Part shown: piece by piece, positions 10,901 through 22,924 of the stretch
How the letters are laid out: every line of letters begins with the position of its first letter
Numbering within the stretch: position 1 is the stretch's first letter
Assembly (NCBI GenBank): GCA_001179505.1
Contig: CDMY01000670.1
Coordinates: forward strand, 1-33,576
Length of the DNA: 33,576 nt
From: Vitrella brassicaformis CCMP3155
Taxonomy: Eukaryota > Protista > Chromerida
Reading direction: 5' to 3'
Position numbers and translations under genes: made by a program
Notes under the pieces: model-generated
What the model was told of the DNA's origin: nothing
What the model saw: the letters and a program-made list of their open reading frames with translations, nothing else
Databases searched by the model: none

Positions 10901-13900
10901 NNNNNNNNNNNNNNNNNNNNNNNNNNNNNNNNNNNNNNNNNNNNNNNNNNNNNNNNNNNNNNNNNNNNNNNNNNNNNNNNNNNNNNNNNNNNNNNNNNNN
11001 NNNNNNNNNNNNNNNNNNNNNNNNNNNNNNNNNNNNNNNNNNNNNNNNNNNNNGGGTGAGGGTACAGGTGTTCGTGTGCTCACTCACCGACAGAGACTGT
11101 GGGAGGGTATCCATCGGTGTCGAAGGGGCATGCGTGGTCGACGGGGATGGCGAAGGGGGCGATCTCAGCCGAAGGACGCACACCCCTGTTGTGCCACACC
11201 TGACCATCAGGACACACACACACACACACACAGCCATTCCTCCAACCCTCTCAAGTCACCGGCACCCACCCAGTCCTCTCTCTCTCTCTCTCTGTCTCTC
11301 TGTCTGTCTCTCTGTCTGTGTCTTACCCTCCTGTAATGGTTGGTGTAGGTATTTGCGTCCTCTTCAGGCGCCTTTGGCATGGGCACCTCGACTACCACCG
11401 GCTCCGCTGCTGCTGCCGCCGCTGCAGCTGGCGCAGCGGCGGGTCTCTCCTTCCTCTCCCTGAATGAGTATGACCTCGGCTCAATGAAGGGCATGTTGGA
11501 CTTGTTGCTCTCAGAGATCTTGTCCAAACCTTCACCCTCACCGCCACCCTCAGCACCACCCTCAACCGTCACGTCAACGTCCATCGCTACCGCGCTGGTG
11601 AGGCACCACAGAGGATGGGTGGGGGCTTCACACACGTGCCAGTGGGTGGTGGGTAAGTCGCTCGCTCACCTTTCAGGCAGCCCTCTCTCGAAGATGGGCA
11701 TCCTGTCAGCGAGCCTTTGCTACGCACACACACACACACACACACAAAAGTGCAGGCAGGCTGCTGACTCTCGAGTGCGTTTGTTGCTCGCTGAGTCAGC
11801 TGGCTGGCTGACCTTGAGGTCTTTCTCTCTGCGGCCCCTGGTGACCAGGCTGTCGTGCAGCTCGCCCACAGAGCTGCGGTGGTCATAAGAACTCCACTGA
11901 CCTGTCAGTCAGGCAGACAGACAGCCACACCACACACAGGTCGACGACTGTTGCCATAGTGTGCCCGCCTCGCTCACCGTTGTCCTTCTCTTGGCGAAAG
12001 AGGGACGGGTGTGAGGGGAAGCTCTGAAGGCAGAGATGCGCGTCTTGTGGGTCCCCGTGTGTGTGTGTGTGTGTGTGTGTGTTGCGCTGTCTGGTGTGGG
12101 TCGGTGGTGGTGTGTGCGGGCGTGGCGTACGTAGTAAGTGTTGCGGTGTCTGTCTTTGCCGAGTGGCTCCACCCGGACCTTGCCGCACACGTCATCCAGC
12201 TCCTTCATGTGCCTGCAGCCACACACACACACGAACACACACCCACACCCACACAGGGGCGACATATGAAGGCTAAGGCAATGAGTGTGATGTGTGTCCG
12301 AGTGGCATTCCTTGCCTGTACTGCCGCTCCCGGGCCTTTCTGGCGCTCCTCCGTTTCTTCTCCTCCTCAGCCAGCAGCTCGCTCTTCAGCCTCTCAAGCG
12401 CCTTGAGCTTCTCCAGCCACTCCTGCACACACACACACCCACCACAACACAACACATATCGACGAACAAGGCACACGGGCTCCCACACCACGCCCACATG
12501 CACACCCACCCACCCACCGGGTCAGTCTCCTTGAGTTTGTCCCTAGTCTCCTTGGGTATGCTCTCGGGCGGGTCGTCGTACGACGCAGGCACGCCCAGCA
12601 AAGACGCTATCGTCACCGCGCCCGTCATGGGCAGCCGCAGAGCAGCAATAGACGCGTCGGCAGATTTCCCACCACCACCACCACCAGCACCACCACTGCT
12701 GCCGCTGCTGGCGCCCTTGGAGGGTGCGGATGTGGCCTGGGGCTGTGGCTGTGGCTGTGGCAGGGGGGGCTTGCCCTCTCTCTTGCGCTTTTGCGAGAGG
12801 AGGTCACGCAGCTGTTTGAGGCGGGCGGCGGAGGCCTTCGGATCGTCCTTGTCGTTGCCGGCGGGGTCTTTGTCTTTGTCTTTGTCTCTTGGAGTGTCGT
12901 CCTGCGCTGCGCGGGCCCTCAGCTCGACGTGGCTCTGTCCGGTGGGAAGGCACAGCATAGGAAGGAAAGCCGTGGTTGGCATGGTGCGTGTGTGTGTGTG
13001 TGTGTTGTGTGACCGACCTTCTCCATGGCGTCGATGTGCTCCTTCATGAGCGGCAGCTCGAAGGTCAGATCTACCAGGAAGCGCAGGACCTGCACACACA
13101 ACACAACACAACACAGCACAACACAGAAGATTGCTGGGGCTGGTGGATCCACACACGTGCTGTCTGACCCACCCCACTGGCTGACCGTGACTCTGTGGCT
13201 GAGTGAGAGGTCGACGTACGGCGTCTGGTGCAGGGCGTGCAGCGCCTCAGCCACCTTGACACTTCCCTGCCCACCCACAAGACACAACACAACACGACAC
13301 AACACAACACACCGTCGACAAGCAGACCTGTGTGGGTGTGCTGAGGGGTGACTTTACTGACCATGTCACAACCGTCAAAGTGGTCGCAGTCGGGCAATGT
13401 CGAGAAGAACTGCACACACACCACAGACCACACACACACACACACGGTGTCACCACTCAGGCCATCTCTCTCTCTCCCTCCGTCTCTCTCTCTCTCTGCC
13501 TACGTGTATTGCCTACGAGTTGCTGCACGAGTGGCATGTTGGCCAGCCGCAGCACCACGTCGGGCCAGCACACGTGGTACAACACGTCACTCGGGGACAT
13601 CTTCCCTTCCTACGCCATACACACCACACACCACACAACACCCAACACCACTCAGGTCCACGAAAATGTCGTTGCTCCCCGGCCACTGTCTGTCCGCTGA
13701 CCGACCGCGATTGCCCTGATAGGCCGCATGGACATGACGGGCGGCAGCCGCTCCTTGGGTATCAGCACGGTGGTCTTGCGCCCCTTCTTGCCACGCCTCA
13801 CTGCCAGACAGATGTGATCACCACACACAGAACCTACACCTCCCCCACCGCCACCGGCAGCAGCAGCGGCAGAAGCGGCAGAAGCGGCAGCAGGAGGGGC

Positions 13901-16216
13901 CATTTCTTCGTCCTCATTCTCTTCGTCGCTGCCGTGGCCGTGCTCGCCGCCAGCGCCTTTCCGTGAGGTGTGTGTATGGTGGGTGTCGGCGTTGATCTCG
14001 TGGAGATCTGTGAGGGGCTCATCTGGGTCACGGAAGCAGTTGATGTGGCGCAGAAGGGTCTCCTGTGTACAAACAATCACACACACAGACAGACAGAGAG
14101 AGGGGACACATGAGAGAGAACGTGGGAGCGGGTGGTGGGTTACTTACGAGTAGGCTGAGATGGATGTTGGCCAGCAGACGGGGGCCGACACACGCCTGTC
14201 GGTCATCCTGAGGGGGAATGAGTAAGAGGTGACGGAGGGGGGAAGGGGAGGGAGGGAGGGAGGGAGGGAGGGAGGGACGTATGGTGTGGTGTTGCGGGGT
14301 GTGTGTGTGTGTGTGTGTACCAGTGCGTTGACGAACGCCTCCAGGGTGAAGGGGAAGATTCTCAGAACCCTGCTGAACGACTGACATCCATCCATCCATC
14401 CATGGATGGCACACACACAGATTGAATGAGTGACATGTGGATGCTCTGCTCTCCCTCCCCCCACTGATTTAACTGACCCTGCAGTAGTTCCATATCATGA
14501 GGATATCGGCGGCGATGCCGCCATCCACTCCCTCGAGCCAGGCGCGGTCAGGGCGGGGAAGCGACAACTGCACACACACACATGAGGCACATACACACAG
14601 GAAGGATGCCACTCCCTCCCCTCCCTCCCTCCCTCCGTCCGTCCCTCCGTCCCACTCTCTGACCGCCACACTACCTGGTTGGCGAGGAAGGGTCCGTGTC
14701 TGCGGATGGCCTCGTCTGACGCGAACAGCTCGCTGTCCGATATGGGGTACTCGACCTTCTTCTTGGTCTTCTTGGGCCGGGGCTCCTTCTCCTTCTTGAC
14801 GCCATCCTTCTCCTTGACCTTTTCCTTTTCCTTTTCCTTGCCAGGCTTGACCGACTTGGCCTTGACCTTGCCGTGCTTCTCATCACCCTGGCCAGCAGCT
14901 GCTGCTGCAGCTGCTGCTGCTGGTGTGGTTTTCTTCTTGTTGCCCTTGTCGTGGTGGTGCTTGTCGCCCGCCTTGTGCTGCTTCTTCTTGTTGTTGTCTG
15001 CAGGGGAGGGGGACAGGGAGGTGGAGGGCTTGCTGCCCTTGCTGCCGCTGCCGCCGTCCCCGCCGGTATGAGCGTGTTTTTTCTTCTTTTTGGGCGGCCG
15101 CTCGCCGGCCCCCTCGCCGTCGTGCTTCCTCTTGCTGGCCGCACCACCAGCCGCCTCACCGTCGCCAAGGCCGTTGACCATCGGGACACCATCTGCTGCT
15201 GCTGCCGCTGCTTCTTGTCGCCGCTTCTCCTTCTCGGCCGCTCGCTTGAGCCGCCGTGCCTCGTTTCGCTTCTTGCGCCGCTCCTCCTTCTGCTCCTCGC
15301 GCTCACCTGTGAGTGAACCACCATACACACACACAAAGGGGGCTACGGTGGTGCTGGTTGTGTAGAGTACAATGGGTGTGTGCGTGTGGTCTGTGGTGGC
15401 TGGTACGTTGTTTCCGTTCCTTGTCCCGCTCCTTAGCTTCCCGTCGCTCGATCACAGGCCTGGATGACATGAAACATACAGAACAGACACAGACACAGAC
15501 ACACGCATGACATGGTGAGGGTGGTCGGTGGGTCGTTGGTGAGTTTACCCACCTGCAGTGTTTGCAGTACCACTTATCGAGGTGCTCCACACTCGCCCGG
15601 TCGATGCCCAGACACGCAAAGTGAAACGCTAAACACACAACACACACCCTCTCTTGTCGGCTGTGTGTGCTCACGTGGTCTCCCCCCTCGCCCCTCCACA
15701 TCAACCTTCCTCACCTCTGGGGCAGTTGTCGCAGCACAGGAGCTCCCCCGGCTTCTTGCACTCGTTGCAGTTGGCACGGTTGCCGTCACTCACCGCCTCA
15801 CCACGACCATGACCATGCTGCTGCTGCTGCTGCTGCTCCCGACCACCCTCAGCAGCCTCCCCCTCGGGCACCGCCTCTTCCTCCTGTTCCTCTACAGACG
15901 GGCTGCTGTCCTCCCTCTTGCCACGATGGTCACGATGACCCGCAGACGCCCCCGGCCCCTTCTTGCCGCCGCCATCCTTAGCGCCAACCCCATTGCTGCC
16001 GCTGCTGCCCTTCCTCCCGCCCTTGCTGCTGCTCCCACTGCTCCTCATGGCGTGCTTAGACGCCGCCTTGGACGACCGCTTGGCCGCTGCCGGCTCGGCA
16101 CGCGGCGGACCGCCAATTCCCGGCTGTCTCTCGCCCTCTGGATGGCCCCGGTGGCCATCGCCTTCGCCCTGTGGTTGGTCGGCGGCCTCGATATGCTCCG
16201 ATGAGGCCATTGACAT
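7970..16216 (-). CDS. BAZ/ACF1/WSTF-like ISWI-partner chromatin protein: PHD - DDT - WHIM1 - WHIM2/3 (WSD) - helical motif - PHD, with many exons
   Basis: N-terminal PHD CNECKKPGELLCCDNCPR|AFHFACLG..WYCKHC (~15790-15545); DDT DILMIWNYCR|SFSRVLRIFPFTLEAFVNAL (~14520-14320); WHIM1-like LHQTPYVDLSL..VLRFLVDL; RVEPLGKDRHRNTYY; WSFYDHRSSVGELHDSLVTRGRREKDL; WRK|DVSHASTISTLTTCAL; C-terminal PHD CSVCHKAGDVICCETCPKVFHRQC..YYCPTC (~8610-8410); stop at 7970. Confidence 0.88.
10754..11053. other. Assembly gap (300 N) flanked by G runs, inside an intron of the BAZ-like gene
   Basis: N run. Flanking exons (..PPTVSV G|ARDVFDG..) join in phase. Confidence 0.95.
12058..12082. repeat. (GT)n/(CA)n intronic microsatellite, representative of dozens in the window
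   Basis: Pure dinucleotide tract in an intron of the BAZ-like gene. Similar tracts occur at ~2750-2770, 17040-17060, 19005-19025 and 26222-26248. Confidence 0.9.
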
Positions 16217-16696
16217 CGAGATTGAGGGGCGGGGAGAGGCGAAGAGGGCAGTAGGGGTGCTGACGGGGCTCGAGCGTGCCTCGCAGAGATCAGCAGGGCT
16301 CCTTGGCGCGTGCTATGGGCTGTTTCCGCAGATGGGTGTGCAATGGCGCGACGGGCGGCTGTTGTCGGCCGAGTGAGTAGATCCGCTTCCACGGGCGTCA
16401 GAGAAAGGCGGGCGCGCGTCGTCAGTGCGGCAGAGAGGAGGATTCAGATTCAGCCACATGCACCAGTGGCTGCATCAGGCCGAAAACGAGAGAAGCGCCG
16501 ACGGCATCGGGTGATCTCAGCTCCTCTCTGACTTCGGCATTCCCACAGACCTTCTCCTCTTCCTCTGGCATTTTCAAGCTCGCATGTTTGTTTTACGTCA
16601 CCGCGTAGGGCAAGACACAGAAGGCGTGTTCGTCTGTCTATCTGTCGTCCATTGACTTGGTCGTGACCTGTGTGTTGCCGCGACCTAGCAACAAGG

Positions 16697-17145
16697 ATGG
16701 ACGTCGACTTGCTGAATCCGGATCCCAAGGAGGAGAAGCAGAAGCACAAGCTGAAGCGGCTGATCCAGCAGCCCAACTCGTTCTTCATGGACGTCAAGTG
16801 CTCGGGGTGCTTCCAAATCACCACCGTCTTCAGCCACGCCAACACAGCTGTCACCTGCCCGGGGTGAGTCAGGGAGCCAGCCGATGACGGAGGGGAGGGG
16901 AGGGAGGCACTGACACAGACACAGACACACACAGACAGGAAAGGAGTCGAGGAGGGGCGAGATCTGTCGTGTCTTGGGCATGTGCGTGGCTGTGGGAGGC
17001 GTGGTGGCATTGGGGACTCACCTGTGTGTCTTCTCTGTCTGTGTGTGTGTGTGTGTGTGTCAGGTGCAACTTGGTTCTGTGCCAGCCCACGGGTGGCCAC
17101 GCCAAGCTGACCGAGGGCTGCTCATACCGGAGGAAAACGGAGTGA
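16697..17145 (+). CDS. RPS27: 40S ribosomal protein S27 (eS27)
   Basis: join(16697-16863,17064-17145): [82 protein letters not shown], with the C4 zinc ribbon and a GT-AG intron. Confidence 0.98.
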
Positions 17146-18313
17146 TTCATCGACGACAATCCCACGCTGACAACGGCCAGTGACGCGACTGACTGACTGA
17201 CTGGATGACGACGAGCGACTGACGAACGGGCCCCTTCAAGCGATGCATCCGTACTTGTCTGCTGCCTGCCTGCCTCCCTCTCTGATGTGTGACGTCATGG
17301 CCCTCGTCAGGTCAGATGGGTCGGGTCGGTGTGTGTGTGGCCGTGAAGTGTCCGCTCACAGTCTGTAGCGGCAACCAGTGGCCGCCTCGCTGACTCACTC
17401 ACTGGCTGGCTGGGGGCGGATGGGATGGTGAGGGCGATGCGGTGCGTGTGGAGCGAGTTGGTGGACGGAATGGATGGACGAGTGGGCAGGCAGGCAGGGC
17501 GCGTGAGTGGTCCGGTCCCCTGACTGAGTGACGTGCGTGTCGCGTCGCGTTGCATGGTGTGGTGTGTGTGCATGTGTGAGCGGCAAGACTCTCGTGCCTG
17601 CGTCAGTTAATTTTGAATGAATCCGTGTTGCGTGAGCTCACAGGCAGAGATCAGTCCTGAAACACACGTATACCTCCTCCCAACACACTCAGACGCGCAC
17701 CAACAAGGTCTGGCCGACCACCACATCCATCCATCCATCAGTCCATCTACTCTACTTGATTAGACTCTCAGCCAGTATCAATCAACAAACACCGAGACAG
17801 ACACGAACACCCCACAATGTTGGCCTCCCTCCGGATGGTTAGCTGCTAATGGTGCATGGTAGACTGACTGACATCGCGGCCGCGGTGCCGCGCTGCGCTG
17901 CGGCAGGGGTGTGTGGGATGGACTTCTGCTGGCTCGATGTTTCTGAGTTTCCACTGATGCATCCACTGCACGTTGATATGAGAAGCCAACATCGACATCA
18001 CGAAGAGAGGTCCTTGCGATGCGATGGGGTCAGGCAATCGATGGAATGGTTGGATGGGGTTGATGCTGCGTCGCAGCCAGCCACACCAACCTACCTACCT
18101 ACCCTTGCCCTACCCTGCCCTGCCTTCGAGGCTCAACAACAAGACATGCACACGTTCGCATGAACGGATGAACACGCACACGCACATCAATGCATCCATC
18201 CATCTCTGACGTCCATCCATCCCTACGCCATGTCATGTCGGCTATCTGCCTGTCTGTCTGTCTGTCTGTCTCTCTATCCCTCCTCCCCTCCTCATTGGCT
18301 GTCCGCCGCCCCG

Positions 18314-21300
18314 TCACACCTCCATGTCGACCGTCTGCACACACAACATAACACAACACAACACAACACACACACAGAGAGAGACAGGGAGGGAGGGACG
18401 GAGGGAGGGAGGAAGAGACATGATTGCGCATTACACTCGTGCCTCCCTCGGTCGTGGCCATGACGTGCCTTTGACAGGTATATGTCGTTGTAGGGCGTGT
18501 CCTGTCGCGCTGTGAGGTCTCCCCCGGTGATGAGGACCAGAGTGTGGTAGAAGGCCAGGGCGGCCGTGCCGCGACTCACACGCCCGGGGGGGAACACCTC
18601 GTGGAACCGCACCTCGGGACGGCCGCCGCCACCACCGTCACCGCCCACCATATCATGTTGCTGCTGCTGCTGCTGGTTGGGAATGCGATGCTCTACGTAC
18701 CTGACGACACAGACACACACAGAGAGAGAGAGAGAGAGTGGGGTGTGTTGTGTGCTGTTTGGTGTTTGGTGTTTGGTGTGTGTGTGTGTACTGTCTCATT
18801 TTGATGGTGAGGAGGTCGTATCCGTTGGGGTGGCCATCGGGGCCCTCGGCCGCCGCATTGGCGGCACTCTCGCCCGCCATGGCACCCAACACGCCCCCAA
18901 GGCCGCCGTCCACGCCGTCATCTGTCGGGGGCATGGGACAACACAACACATGGATGGACACCCACACACACCCACACACATAGAGATGCTGTTTTTGTTG
19001 GTGCACTGTGTGTGTGTGTGTGTGTGCGTGCCTTGCTGCTCGAAGAGCTTCTGAAGGTCTGCCGGGGTGTCCATCCCGACATACGCCGCACCTACGTCTC
19101 TGGACCAATGGGAAACAGCACACCACAGCACAACACACACTCATGGACAGCTGTGGGTGTGGGTGTGTCGTGGGTGTGGTGTGTGGGTGGACATGTCGTG
19201 TGGGTATGCGATGTCTCTGTCGAGGTCATGGTCGTTGTTGTTCCTCATGCCGCCCAGCGATGAGCGGCGGCCCGCACGCCCAGCCATCGACGGGCGACGG
19301 CCAGCCTCATGATCTGACCCCAAGAAGGAGACACACACACACAAAATGGTGTGTGGCATGCAGCTCATGTGTGTGGGCCTTCCTTCTTTGTTGTGTGTGT
19401 GTGCGAAATCGACCGTCGTCAGTGAGGCGCTCCTGCTGCTCTACGTCCTGCAGGTGGTGCACAGGCAGACACAGCCACATATGTGCGCGTGTGATGGTGG
19501 TGTGTTGAGTGTTGACCGCACCCATCCCCCGGCCCGCCCGCCCTCCAGCCCACCATGTGTATGGCGTCGGCGTCAGCGGCCGCGTTGTCCCCCCGCACAC
19601 GCTCGATGCCCTCGGCGTCCAAACCGCCCTCCTCCTGCTGCTCCTCCTGCTGCTGGTGGTGGTGGTGGTCGGCCACGAACTCGGGGAAGTCGGGCGGCAC
19701 GCCGTCACCTACACCCTCACCCTCACCTACACACACATCCACACACACACACACTGCAATGGGTGGGTGCAGGGCAGGCTGTGGGGTGTGGCGGCATATA
19801 TACTGGTTGCGCGTCTCTGTCTGTCTCTGTCCTGCCAGGACTCCTTTTTCTTGTCGGTCCGCGGGCGGCGCTTGTACCGTCGGAAGCGGAACATCGGCCC
19901 GCTCCCCCAGTCGCTCGACTCACACACATATCGACCTGCGCATCAGTCAACACGTACGCCGACTCATGAGGTGGGATGCACAGAGGGGAGGGTGTGTGTG
20001 TATGTGTGTAGTGTGGGTGTTGTCTTTGTCAGTCTGACCGAACATGAGCATCTGGAGTCTCTTGCCCAGAGGCAAACCGGCCTGCCGATATATAGAACCA
20101 CCACACAACACACCCGCTATGCCTGCCAGCATGGCATTGCTGATGCCTGAGGGGGCCTGTGCGCTGGCTGACTCACCGTGAGCAGAAAGGGTTCGTACAT
20201 TCGCCGCAGCATCGCCTCACTCTGATGGCACGCAGACACAGCGAGACGCCAATGGCTTCCGGGTGGGTGTGTATGCGTGTTTTGTTGTGGGTATGTGTTG
20301 GTCTGTGTACTGTACCTACGTACCTCGTCAGGCGACTTTCTGGGCACTGTGATGTCTGAGGTGTCGTGCAGCCAGCCCTCCATAACCTCGTCCGACAACA
20401 TGGTATCCTTATCCACATCAAACACCTGCACACAACCACACACACACACACATGGCATACACACACATACACGCGTGTGTGTGTGTGTGTGAGACGGGTA
20501 CCTTCTTGAGTTTGCCGCCCTTCCCCTTGGCGCCTCTTTTGGCTTCGCTATTGGCTATGACCCCCTCGCCCCCAGTATCACCATCCTCCTCCCCACCACC
20601 ACCAGCACCAGCACCAGCAGTGCCGCCCTTGGCCTTGCGGCCGCCCCTCTTACCCTTAGTGCCCTTGGAGCGCCCCCGCTGACCCCCAGCGCCACCACTG
20701 CTGCCGTCCCCCTCTCCCTCGTGCTGCTGCTGCTGGTTGGCGGTGAGGGGGTCGTCCGCCGCGATGCCCATGTCGCGCCAGAAGGCCGCCTCGGTCTCGG
20801 GCTGTTCGACCGTGACACACATGACATGGGGGCGTGGGAGTGTCCATGTGTGTGTGTGGGTATGTGTATGGGTATGGTGCGGTGTGTAGGTTACGTTCAT
20901 GAAGGCCTCGTCAGGTTCCTCTGGAGGGTGCTCAGGGTGCTGCTGCTGCTGCTGGTCGGTGTCCATGCCCTCCCCCTGCTGCTGCTGCTGCTGCTCCTGT
21001 TGGTCTTGGTCTTGGTCTTGGCCTTGGCCGCCGGCACTCTGCTGGTCCTCCCCAACACCCACACCCATACCCACACCCACATCGCCGGCCGGAGAGAAAT
21101 CCTCAAACCTGACACCACATGACACACACATGGATGCCGGAGGGGCGGATATGTGTGTGGGAGGAGGAGGAAGGGGAGAGAGGGGGAGAAAGGGGTACAA
21201 GTGTTACCCTGCCGGCATGGGTATGTCTGCCTGTCCGTCTGGGTGCAGGTCGTTGTGTTGGTGGTCTGCGAACTCGTCCTCAAACATGCCCATGCCGCCC

Positions 21301-22700
21301 AGCAGGGGCGGACCGCCAAACTCATACTGACACGACACACGCACCAAAGAAGATGCATGACATGAAAAAGCATGACACACACACAGGCAGGCCATATGTG
21401 CGTGTGTTGTTGTGTGTCGTGTGTCGTGTGGGTGCCTGGTCGTCATTGAGGTTGATCGAGTGGCGGCCTGCACACACCCAAAAGAGCCGTGCGTGCGTGG
21501 GTGGTTTGTCTGACCACCATTCCGCCTTCTGTCTGTGTGCGAGATACCTCCGGCCGCGCCGCGAGGCGAGAGGGGTGGCTGCTCGGGCGGTTGACCAAAC
21601 TGCGCAGACACACACAAATACATACAGATGACTGATGCCCCTCCCACCCCTCCATGTGTGTTGTGTGTGTTTGGCTACGATGTCCTCATCCGGGTCTCCG
21701 ATGAGTCCGCCGCCGTGCGACTGTGTGGGGTCCATTCCGCCGATGGCTGGGAGGCCGTCGCTGCCCTCATCGCCGTCGCCCAGGCCGCCTTTGGACTTCT
21801 TGGTGTTCTTCCGGGGGCGGGCCGCACTCTCACTCGTCGTCTTCAACTGATGCATCCGTCGACACAACACAGCACAACACAACACAGAGAGGGGAGGGAG
21901 GGGGTGGGGGCATCCGCTGCCGCGTGTGTGTGTGTGTGTTGGGTGACACACCTTGTAGAGGCAGTCAAGAACGTCAGTCTCCAGATAGACACACTGACTG
22001 CAACACAGCACAGGACACACCACACGCCATCCACGCCACACATGGCACCACCTCCCCCTCCCCTCCCCTCCTCCCATGTGGTGCGCACCGGTCGAAGATG
22101 AGTACGATGCCGTTGAGCAGCACGCCAGCCGTCCGCAGTTGAAGCTCACGATCCTATGGATGAATGGACGGATCCATGAGTGGATAGCAGATACACAGAC
22201 GTCGTCATCCGCCATCCATGAGTGGATGCGTGTGTGTGGTCGTCTGGCCAATGTGCAAGTGATTCCACACCAGCTGCATGAGTTGGTCGCAGTGCGTCGA
22301 CAGCGAGAGGCCCTCCACACTCTTCTGCACCACACAGATGGATGGATGGATGGATGGATGGATCCATGGCGCCATCCAGCCATTCCATCCCGGTGTGCTG
22401 TGGGTGTGTGTTTGCCTTGGTGAAACATTTCCGCTTCAGGCCGCCCGTCCTGCCCACACACAAGGGAGGGGAGGAGGGAGGGGATGCACATACGTATCCA
22501 TGCCAGAGATCTGATCTGCAGGCCTCATGGCTTTGTGGTGCGGCGGGTGCGCTGCTCACCCGGCCAGCCAGATGCGTGCGAACTCGCCTGCACAACCAAC
22601 AGACCGTCAGGAGCGGCAGGGACCATGCATTCCGGTGGCCATCGCCGCTGTGTGCCGCCGGCGTACCTTTCTTCTTCAAAATCTCCGCCGTGCCCAACAT
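18314..22700 (-). CDS. Rad21/Rec8-family alpha-kleisin (cohesin subunit)
   Basis: Spliced N-terminus (exons 22700-22667, 22587-22560, 22449-22416, from 22324): MLGTAEILKKKGEFARIWLAGTGGLKRKCFTKKSVEGLSLSTHCDQL..LQLRTAGVLLNGIVLIFDRQCVYLETD matches Rad21_Rec8_N. C-terminal winged helix: FHEVFPPGRVSRGTAALAFYHTLVLITGGDLTARQDTPYNDIYL. Last exon (TVDMEV*, 18334-18314) assumes a GC donor at 18468. Rad21 versus Rec8 is not resolved. Confidence 0.92.
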
Positions 22701-22744
22701 GATGGTGATGGCAGAAAAAGCGGGAAGATGTAAACAGGCCAGGT

Positions 22745-22765
22745 TCTGCGAGCTAAGCTCGCAGA
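22745..22765. promoter_or_regulatory. Palindrome TCTGCGAGCT-A-AGCTCGCAGA in the divergent promoter between the kleisin and the orphan gene
   Basis: Perfect 10-bp arms with a 1-nt spacer in the 224-bp head-to-head interval. Related sequences occur at 16576-16584, 29592-29605 and 33241-33253. Confidence 0.55.
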
Positions 22766-22924
22766 GAAGGCGATTCAGTTGTCAGGTGTACCGCTTTCTG
22801 CTATAGACATCTGCAGCACGGCCGTTGATTCGTCACCCAGCACACGTAAGGAGGCAAACCAGGCGCACTCACATCCCGTCTGTATGCCACTCTGTGTTGT
22901 TCATGCTGAACAGAGATCTCAGTC

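Noticed and set aside
3347-11053. The two 300-N gaps hiding exons or elements
   Set aside because: Both are identical in size, flanked by C/G homopolymers and lie between phase-compatible exons. They are most likely sequencing dropouts.
9297-11336. Long ORFs spanning the N gap (also 3099-3927)
   Set aside because: Artefacts of translating through Ns and microsatellite introns. Only parts are real exons.
16551-16566. 5' TOP-like pyrimidine tract upstream of RPS27
   Set aside because: The TSS is unknown and CT-rich tracts are ubiquitous here, so it cannot be supported.
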